Of a stretch of 10,854 nt of DNA, positions 1 through 5,784 are shown piece after piece (the first letter of the stretch is position 1; each line of letters starts with the position of its first letter). The stretch is from a virus: UHGV virus genome UHGV-0142836; one strand, 5' to 3'. The position numbers were made by a program, and so were the translations under genes. The notes beneath the pieces are model-generated. The model saw nothing but the letters and a program-made list of their open reading frames with translations, did no database searches and was not told the DNA's origin.

Positions 1-692
1 TCATAGTTCCTTCGTAGTTCCTCTTAAAAAATCACTTACAGACACCTTAATATCTATACAGATTTCACGTAGAACACGATTAGTGCGTAAAACAGCTATT
101 ATGTTAAAAACACACTGTATACGTATCAGTACTGATTTATAAGGGTTTTGTGTATTTGAAGATAAGAGGCTATACAGCACCTTGAGAGCATGTCTTCTAA
201 GTCATTGATACATAAGGTCACAGAAGTTTGTGTCTGTTACAGAGAAAACTGGATAGGACTTCACAGAACTACAAAATGTTACAGCTATTGATAGGTGAAA
301 TCTTCTTGATAGATGCTTTGAAGTGTGGTGAAGGTTTCTTGAGGTGGAATTAACAGATGCTATGAAGAAAGTCAATAGTTGGTTATAGATATTTTAACTG
401 CTTTTGCAAAGGGGGTGCTATATCGTGAATCTGGGGTACTTAACAGCCATCAATCATGAGGTAGATTCTACCGAATCAACTGTGTAGATATTTTTAAGAT
501 TATCGGTGAAGGGGGAATGCAGAGGGGGTACTACGATTTTTATAAAAATTTTCAGAAGCTAAATAACTACTGTACAGATTTTATACAACTCTACCAAACA
601 TCATAGAAAGCTCTGTAGCGAGTTTTAACCCCATTTTTAGGGGTAGTCTATAGGTATGTACCGCCCACCTTTAAATAAAGGGGTAAAATCGC

Positions 693-723
693 TTAGAATG
701 CGTTACAGAGCGTCTGAGAAGCT
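693..723. repeat. Solo copy of an R2 arm (see R2 copies at 1949-2047 and 3622-3750)
   Basis: 'ttagaatgcgttacagagcgtctgagaagct' matches the reverse complement of 3622-3652 with about 4 central mismatches, and also resembles the R2 right-arm core 'cgttacagagcg'. Confidence 0.5.
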
Positions 724-1490
724 ATATTCACAGATTTTACTAAAACCTCAGACTTTCTAAGTGGTCTTTTTAACAGGAGGGTTCTTTCTCATGTATCACC
801 CTCTCTTCCCACTGAGTAAGCTACACAGACCTAGAGAACATGCCTTCACAACACCTATATAGGTCAGATTTAGAGGGTTTTGATAGAATCTTCAAAGGTA
901 CTTGACAGATAACTATGAAGTTGTTAGGAAGGAGTGTTTAACGGGGGAAGAGATACGATATAACCCGAAGGGGAGAGTATCATCTTAACAGTGATTGTAA
1001 GAGTAAAACTGAAAAGATACTTAACAGAACTACCAAGAGGGAGCGATAAGACCAGAGGTAGTGACCTTGTTAAACAGTTCGTTTCAAAGCTCTTAAGAAT
1101 CTGTTAAGTAAGGTCATGTGAACAATCTTACCATTTTGTCAATGCTTTTGTCTTTGACCTAAATCAATAAAATGTATCGTTTGATATGTTTTTAAACAAA
1201 ATAGTTAAAAATCTTTTTAGAGGTGCGCTTCGCTTGTGTCACCAATATCATTCTTCCCTGTCTAAGAGGGAAGTTACAGGGCATTTCAAAGCCCTCAATA
1301 GGCAAACCGAGGAATACGGAAAACCGAGGGAAGAAAAACTATTGTGATTACCTTGAACAAGGTCTGTAAAGGTCGTTTAAGAGGTCGGTTAAGAAGGGAG
1401 CTTCCCTTTCTTGGGTGTCGCTCTTCTCCCGCTTAGTGGATTGATTAAGAAGACCTCTGAAGTTTCTCTGTGAAGGTGCTGAACAGCTAT

Positions 1491-1543
1491 TATATTGGGT
1501 GATTACAACTTATTGAAAAATAAGAACTTTTATAAGTTACTGT
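1491..1543. repeat. 53-bp direct repeat, copy 1, containing palindrome 'cttattgaaaaataag' (1509-1524)
   Basis: First 42 bp are identical to 1585-1626, then 2 mismatches in the next 11 bp; internal 6-bp inverted repeat CTTATT/AATAAG around GAAA, followed by AACTT-ttat-AAGTT. Confidence 0.7.
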
Positions 1544-1584
1544 TAAGGTTACAGAGTTAACTGTGAAGAGACTTGTCAGTCTTA

Positions 1585-1637
1585 TATATTGGGTGATTAC
1601 AACTTATTGAAAAATAAGAACTTTTAGAAATTACTGT
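1585..1637. repeat. 53-bp direct repeat, copy 2 (94 bp downstream of copy 1)
   Basis: Same sequence as 1491-1543, including the internal palindromes. Confidence 0.7.
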
Positions 1638-1719
1638 CAGAGAGGTGAATACTTGATAGATACAGCTTTCCGGTTCTGTCAAGCTATTTTTTAATAGATA
1701 GCACAAAATGCTAAAGATA

Positions 1720-1749
1720 CCCCCCTATACATCTCGTACAGGGGGTTTT
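1720..1749. terminator. Probable bidirectional intrinsic terminator
   Basis: GC-rich hairpin 'cccccctatac-atctc-gtacaggggg' (about 9 of 10 bp paired) followed by TTTT on the plus strand and by a T-rich run on the minus strand; lies 10 bp beyond the stop of the minus-strand gene at 1759. Confidence 0.45.
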
Positions 1750-1758
1750 GGAGGGGGT

Positions 1759-1935
1759 TTAGCGGGGGTCTGTATGGTCATTATCCTTAAGGTCAAGCGT
1801 CCATGTACGACCGAACAGTTTAAAGACAACAAGCACCCTGACGAGGACGTAGCGAAGTAGCAGACCTGCAATAAGTCCAATACCTCCACCAGCCCACACA
1901 TCAGGTGACCCCAATTCCTGAGGGAGATTTACCAT
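1759..1935 (-). CDS. Small hydrophobic membrane protein, 58 aa (MVNLPQELGSPDVWAGGGIGLIAGLLLRYVLVRVLVVFKLFGRTWTLDLKDNDHTDPR)
   Basis: The six-frame ORF runs 1759-1977 from a TTG; the in-frame ATG at 1935-1933 is preceded by AAGGA about 7 nt upstream. One predicted transmembrane stretch (GGGIGLIAGLLLRYVLVRVLVVF). Terminator immediately downstream. Function not recognised. Confidence 0.4.
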   Translation of the reverse strand: MVNLPQELGSPDVWAGGGIGLIAGLLLRYVLVRVLVVFKLFGRTWTLDLKDNDHTDPR

Positions 1936-1948
1936 TAGTTTTCCTTGT

Positions 1949-2047
1949 AAGACGCTCTCAATCGCATTCTGACACAAAAAGTATCTGACCTTATGAGTTG
2001 ACCTGAAGAGGCCGTTTAACTCGTTACAGAGCGATTGAAGAGGTCTG
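1949..2047. repeat. R2 element copy 1: inverted-repeat arms (1951-1970 and 2014-2047) around a ~40-bp spacer
   Basis: Left arm 'gacgctctcaatcgcattct' and right arm 'gtttaactcgttacagagcgattgaagaggtctg' are near-identical to the arms at 3631-3650 and 3717-3750; the arms are imperfect reverse complements of each other (GCGATTGA core). Confidence 0.6.
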
Positions 2048-2079
2048 TGTGCAATGCAATAACCATGTGACCAAATACA

Positions 2080-2118
2080 TAGTTGATTCGGTTAGTTGGG
2101 ATTGTACCAACCCCTATC
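2080..2118. repeat. att-like composite repeat (left copy): 18-bp part A at 2080-2097 fused to 26-bp part B at 2093-2118
   Basis: 'tagttgattcggttagtt' is identical to 10825-10842; 'tagttgggattgtaccaacccctat' matches 10529-10554 with 2 mismatches. A degenerate A-like sequence 'catagttccttcgtagttcc' also sits at 2-21. Confidence 0.45.
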
Positions 2119-2204
2119 GAATAAACCTCATAGCCACGCCTTTATATTTTACTCTCCCCATAAACCCATTATACCACAGATGTTAATAAAATGTTAAAAA
2201 ATAC

Positions 2205-2233
2205 TTGACATTAGCCTTTGAAAATGCTAGGAT
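2205..2233 (+). promoter_or_regulatory. Sigma70-like promoter P1: TTGACA, 17-bp spacer, TGcTAGGAT (extended -10)
   Basis: TTGACA at 2205-2210 and TAGGAT at 2228-2233 with TG at 2225-2226; followed by 'ttgtatatat', which is shared with promoter P2 at 4197-4225. Confidence 0.4.
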
Positions 2234-2283
2234 TGTATATATGAGTTAACAGAGAATTAACAATTATAAGGGCCAGCTTATGA

Positions 2284-2835
2284 ATGAACGACAGAGAATT
2301 TCAAAAGTTTCTTGAAGAATCCAAGAGACGCAACAGACACAACGGTTACAGCCACACAAACAACCCCACCAGATACGAAGTCCCAGCCTTTACCAAATCC
2401 GAACGTAAAAACATTGAAGCGGTCATTCGTAGCATTACGCCACGAGACAGATTTATGCCAGCACGCAAAGAAAAAGAGAATACTTTAAAAACTTTCTTGA
2501 TGGGCTTTGATTCTTACGAGCAACTGCCAGCAAAAATTGAAGATTTAATTATCGGCACTTGTCGCAGCTTTGGAAGAGATAATTATCACCGAAAAGTTTT
2601 CTATTTACTACGAAATATTGACAAGATTAGCTCAAGCACAATAACAAGTCATCTACAGCGTCAAGCGACCCGATTAAGCCATGAGCTACCAAGCGATAAA
2701 TATTGCGCTAACTTAGCCACTATTTGCATGAAAGTTATTGAGACAATTAATCATCATGCGGAAATGGGAAATATCAGCCTTACGACAAGTGAGCCAGACT
2801 TTGAGTTTGACCCGTATATTTTGGAGGAATTTTAA
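2284..2835 (+). CDS. Hypothetical protein, 183 aa
   Basis: Intact ORF downstream of P1; its stop is 1 nt before the next start. No recognisable motif; weak Shine-Dalgarno. Confidence 0.55.
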   Translation: MNDREFQKFLEESKRRNRHNGYSHTNNPTRYEVPAFTKSERKNIEAVIRSITPRDRFMPARKEKENTLKTFLMGFDSYEQLPAKIEDLIIGTCRSFGRDNYHRKVFYLLRNIDKISSSTITSHLQRQATRLSHELPSDKYCANLATICMKVIETINHHAEMGNISLTTSEPDFEFDPYILEEF

Positions 2836-2836
2836 A

Positions 2837-3115
2837 ATGAATAAACACACTCTAACCCGTATTTCAGAGGAAGCTTTTAACGAGCTTAACAGAATTAAAC
2901 GAGCGACTAACCTGCCTCATCAGACTATTATGCAGCTTGCAATTGCTAAAGAGGTCACTGAGTCGGATTTACTGAAATATCCAGTTTCTAAAGGTCGCAG
3001 ACACATCAGAATTACTAAGAACGCTCTGGCTACTCTGAAGGAACTGAACAACTTTAAAATTGATATTGCCCGACTATTGAGCATCAAGATTCACAAGCTA
3101 TCGATGGGGGTTTAA
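2837..3115 (+). CDS. Putative small DNA-binding protein, 92 aa, possibly ribbon-helix-helix
   Basis: GGAGG at 2823-2827 sits 9 nt before ATG 2837. The track ORF (2738-3115) extends upstream inside the previous gene, so the internal ATG is preferred. N-terminus 'HTLTRISEEAFNELNRIKRATNLPHQTIMQLAIAKE' fits a strand-helix-turn-helix RHH pattern (inference only). Confidence 0.45.
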   Translation: MNKHTLTRISEEAFNELNRIKRATNLPHQTIMQLAIAKEVTESDLLKYPVSKGRRHIRITKNALATLKELNNFKIDIARLLSIKIHKLSMGV

Positions 3116-3318
3116 TGCTATGCATTACCTTTGAATACCACACAGATAAAATGATTCGCTACATCTCCGACCTCCTGATTAAAGGAAACGGATTCGGTGA
3201 CATCCATAACTCAAAAGATATTTTCATTAAAGCCATTGGCCCAAATGAAACACTGAAAACAGCAGTTAAACCGGAATGGTTTGAACGTCATAAGATTGAA
3301 TTAGGTTATTGGGGGTGA
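3115..3318 (+). CDS. Hypothetical protein, 67 aa
   Basis: Start overlaps the previous stop (TAATG at 3113-3117), indicating translational coupling. No recognisable motif. Confidence 0.45.
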   Translation: MLCITFEYHTDKMIRYISDLLIKGNGFGDIHNSKDIFIKAIGPNETLKTAVKPEWFERHKIELGYWG

Positions 3319-3327
3319 GGAGGTTTT

Positions 3328-3615
3328 ATGAAACCTTGGCATGAAGATGTTAGAAGATATTTTGCAGAACACCTTATCTATGATGAATCCAGTGATTCCC
3401 TGTGCTGGTCTGATGGAGAGTCAGTCACGATAAATACCGACGACTACGGCAACAAAACATTTAATATAGGTCGATACACATTCTATGTGAAATATGTTGT
3501 CTGGTTCCTTTATCATGGCTATCAATCCAATAAGCAAATTATCCATCGAAATGGTAACAGAGCCGATACCAGACCAAAAAACCTTATGCAAGTCCGAGAC
3601 TTTAAGAGAAATTAG
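3328..3615 (+). CDS. Small HNH-family endonuclease, 95 aa
   Basis: GAGGAGG immediately upstream of ATG 3328. C-terminal 'YVVWFLYHGYQSNKQIIHRNGNRADTRPKNLMQV' matches the phage HNH pattern (HRlvw...H-x-dGn-x-dNr-x-NL). Confidence 0.55.
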   Translation: MKPWHEDVRRYFAEHLIYDESSDSLCWSDGESVTINTDDYGNKTFNIGRYTFYVKYVVWFLYHGYQSNKQIIHRNGNRADTRPKNLMQVRDFKRN

Positions 3616-3621
3616 AAAAAC

Positions 3622-3750
3622 AGCTTCTCAGACGCTCTCAATCGCATTCTAACGCAAAAAACTACCTTGTTTTAGGGTGGGTAATACCACTGTACAGGCT
3701 ACCCCTGAAAAAGACTGTTTAGCTCGTTACAGAGCGATTGAGGAGGTCTG
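3622..3750. repeat. R2 element copy 2: arms at 3631-3650 and 3717-3750 around a ~66-bp spacer containing hairpin GGGTA...TACCC and palindrome CTGTACAG
   Basis: Arms near-identical to copy 1 while the spacer is unrelated; the element ends 5 nt before the AAGGAG Shine-Dalgarno of the gene at 3772. Confidence 0.6.
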
Positions 3751-3771
3751 GTAAAAAGGAGATTTTAAGAA

Positions 3772-4095
3772 ATGAACAATTACGAATTACAGATTTTCGT
3801 TGATGCCGACACTGCTATGATGATTCAGGCTTTCAGTGATTCCGGTGTATCAATTGACTTTGATAAATTACTAAAGCTGATGGCTGATAATGCAGAAAAC
3901 ATCTCTGACTTTATTCAGTCGGTGGAGTTTAACGAGCCTCGAATGATGCTACCAATTACAGACTCAAACATGAAAAGATTGGTTATTGAGCAAACGAACA
4001 AATACAGTATTTCCCCAGAGCAATTTTTGAAAGGTGCTGTGACAATCCTGTACAGCGATAATATTTTGGTGACGGATTCTGTGAGGATTCACTAA
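3772..4095 (+). CDS. Hypothetical protein, 107 aa
   Basis: AAGGAG sits 10 nt upstream of ATG 3772; intact ORF; no recognisable motif. Confidence 0.55.
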   Translation: MNNYELQIFVDADTAMMIQAFSDSGVSIDFDKLLKLMADNAENISDFIQSVEFNEPRMMLPITDSNMKRLVIEQTNKYSISPEQFLKGAVTILYSDNILVTDSVRIH

Positions 4096-4172
4096 TGACG
4101 TTAATTGTATTATGGACGCTGCTAGGGCTATTTGTTGGTTGCTGGATGGGTAACACAGTAAATAAGAATTGA
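4095..4172 (+). CDS. Candidate 25-aa hydrophobic micropeptide (MTLIVLWTLLGLFVGCWMGNTVNKN)
   Basis: ATG overlaps the upstream stop (TAATG at 4093-4097), the same coupling geometry as at 3113-3117; single hydrophobic helix. Below the ORF-track size cutoff, hand-translated. Confidence 0.25.
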   Translation: MTLIVLWTLLGLFVGCWMGNTVNKN

Positions 4173-4196
4173 TGTTACCAATCTGTTAAAAAGCTG

Positions 4197-4225
4197 TTGA
4201 CAAATAACATTGAGCATGACATAAT
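4197..4225 (+). promoter_or_regulatory. Sigma70-like promoter P2: TTGACA, 17-bp spacer, CATAAT
   Basis: TTGACA at 4197-4202 and CATAAT at 4220-4225, followed by 'ttgtatatat' exactly as in P1. Confidence 0.4.
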
Positions 4226-4232
4226 TGTATAT

Positions 4233-4416
4233 ATAGGGAGAGCAATTCTCTCTTATTTTCTTTCAATAATCCGATGGATGGATATTCTGAGTTGGAAAGG
4301 TGCAATGCTTTTCGTCATGGCCTTTCAGTTTAGTCTGAGAGGCTATCTCAAAAAGTGCTTAATCATTCATTGAACCCTTTACAGCTTTGCCCTAACTCAT
4401 GATTAGGGCTTTCTTT
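4233..4416 (+). ncRNA. Candidate small RNA or structured leader transcribed from P2, ending at the first terminator
   Basis: About 185 nt between the predicted start site and the terminator at 4389-4416; no ORF with a ribosome-binding site; hairpin GAGAG-caatt-CTCTC directly after the predicted start. Confidence 0.25.
4389..4416 (+). terminator. Intrinsic terminator T1
   Basis: Perfect 7-bp stem GCCCTAA / TTAGGGC with a 7-nt loop, followed by TTTCTTT. Confidence 0.5.
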
Positions 4417-4485
4417 AAGAGTTTTTAAACAGAGCTTTTAAAGAAAGTTTTTCCTGAAACTTCGTTAACGTTAAAGCAAACCTTC

Positions 4486-4519
4486 AAAGCCCTTCACAGA
4501 TTATGTTTAGGGCTTTTTT
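4486..4519 (+). terminator. Intrinsic terminator T2
   Basis: Stem 'aaagccct' / 'agggcttt' with a 15-nt loop, followed by a T-run; its 3' half 'tttagggcttt' repeats T1. Confidence 0.45.
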
Positions 4520-4629
4520 CAGCTTTTAAAAAGCATACTTGGCAAACCGCCTTTTAAGCCTCTTCTAAGTTCGTAGGATGTCAGGTGTGCTTTTTAAAAA
4601 CTGAATATTACTTAGAAGAGGAAAATGAA

Positions 4630-5337
4630 ATGGAAAATCTATATATTAGCGGTAGAAAGGTTGATAGCTTCGGTGACTGGTCGCCACAGACTGAACATCC
4701 AGCTATCACTATTCAGCGTCAAGAGCATGACAAGCGCATTGAGCTTGAGCAATCGCTAAAGATGTCACCAAAAACAACCATCTTTGTGTCTCCTGAACCT
4801 CAAGAGATGCCTGATGTTTGCAAGGGTGAAGCATTACTTGAGCTTGAAAAGAAATATTACCCACTGCTGAAAGCACAAAGAATTAAACTTGATGACGCTT
4901 ACAGCAAAGTTACCCTGATGCAATCAGCTATTGAGCCATCAGAATTTGAGATTCAGGATGAATTGTCACAGAAACCATTTGTCTATTACCAATACGAAGA
5001 CAATGATGGTTTTGGTACTTTTCCTGAGAATATCCCAGACGTGATTAATAATCTTCCTGATGGATATCGAATTGTGAAAATGATTGGAGCTTCAAGAGGT
5101 GATGGTCAGTTTATTTACATGACCAATAAGAGCGATGAAGAACTCCGTGAAATTGCCAGACAGAACATCTTAGCATCACGTAACAAGCAACTTGAAAATG
5201 TTAAGTTGTGTCTCTTAAGAGAGCTTCAGGCTATGAAAGACCTTATTTCTGCATATGAAACGCAGAAGAAGATTGCTATGCAGGCTGATATTGAGCAGTT
5301 AGTGAAGATTTCTCAGAAGTATAGCAAGGTACTTTAA
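4630..5337 (+). CDS. Hypothetical protein, 235 aa, with a predicted coiled-coil C-terminus
   Basis: The six-frame ORF begins at GTG 4585; the in-frame ATG at 4630 has a GAGGA Shine-Dalgarno about 8 nt upstream. No recognisable domain. Confidence 0.55.
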   Translation: MENLYISGRKVDSFGDWSPQTEHPAITIQRQEHDKRIELEQSLKMSPKTTIFVSPEPQEMPDVCKGEALLELEKKYYPLLKAQRIKLDDAYSKVTLMQSAIEPSEFEIQDELSQKPFVYYQYEDNDGFGTFPENIPDVINNLPDGYRIVKMIGASRGDGQFIYMTNKSDEELREIARQNILASRNKQLENVKLCLLRELQAMKDLISAYETQKKIAMQADIEQLVKISQKYSKVL

Positions 5338-5361
5338 CTAATAATTAAAAGGAGGTGATGA

Positions 5362-5577
5362 ATGATTGATTTGCAACAGCGTTATGAAACTATTAAGTCG
5401 GCTTGCAAAAACTTAAAGTTACAAACTAAGCCAGCCTTAAGAATTAAAACCAAACGTCAAGTTATCACCTCACACAAACCAAAAACACGCAAGATTCCAA
5501 AGTGGTGTATCGACCGTATCCCTTCTGATGCCCAAATCATAGGTGAAACGGAATTACATTATCTTGTCAGACATTAA
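5362..5577 (+). CDS. Hypothetical basic protein, 71 aa
   Basis: Strong Shine-Dalgarno AAGGAGGTGA before ATG 5362; Lys/Arg-rich; terminator follows. Confidence 0.5.
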   Translation: MIDLQQRYETIKSACKNLKLQTKPALRIKTKRQVITSHKPKTRKIPKWCIDRIPSDAQIIGETELHYLVRH

Positions 5578-5624
5578 AAAGATTGGTTGGGTGTATGAGA
5601 TAGGTTCTATCGAATCTATAACAC

Positions 5625-5668
5625 GGGGAGAGATTATCGATATTATTCGGTAGTTTCTCCCTTTTTTG
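5625..5668 (+). terminator. Intrinsic terminator after the 71-aa gene
   Basis: Stem GGGAGA (5626-5631) / TCTCCC (5656-5661), extendable with G-U pairs, followed by TTTTTT at 5662-5667. Confidence 0.5.
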
Positions 5669-5684
5669 TATATGAGATAGTCTT

Positions 5685-5769
5685 CTATCGAATCCTATGT
5701 GCTACGTGAAATCTTCTGAACAGATATACCCACCAAAAATTATTTTTTACGTAGCTCACGCTTAACAGA
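5685..5769 (+). repeat. R1 element copy a: conserved stem-loop (GCTACGTGAA 5701-5710 pairing with TTTACGTAGC 5745-5754) plus box 'tcacgcttaacaga', 16 nt before ATG 5785
   Basis: About 85% identical over ~85 bp to 7957-8034, with the same spacing to the downstream start codon. Confidence 0.65.
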
Positions 5770-5784
5770 GGTGAAATATGAACA

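Noticed and set aside
80-100. Group II intron 5' end-like 'gtgcg' at 84-88
   Set aside because: No recognisable domain V hairpin or intron-encoded protein downstream; a 5-mer alone is not evidence.
791-862. 23-aa ORF (MYHPLFPLSKLHRPREHAFTTPI) with AGGAGG 10 nt upstream
   Set aside because: Ribosome-binding site is good but the peptide is short with no supporting context or visible conservation; left as a possibility within the non-coding-region finding.
1-1758. Stop-codon reassignment as an explanation for the absence of ORFs
   Set aside because: Hand translation shows TAA, TAG and TGA all recurring in every frame, so no single reassignment yields a long ORF.
2738-2836. N-terminal extension of the 125-aa six-frame ORF (2738-3115) overlapping the end of the 183-aa gene
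   Set aside because: The internal ATG at 2837 has a good GGAGG ribosome-binding site and starts 1 nt after the upstream stop; the extension lies inside the preceding gene in another frame.
5685-5700. tRNA-like T-loop motif 'tcgaatcc' (also near 5609 and 7958)
   Set aside because: No complementary T-stem, no acceptor stem and no anticodon arm in the flanks; the motif is part of the R1-flank repeat.
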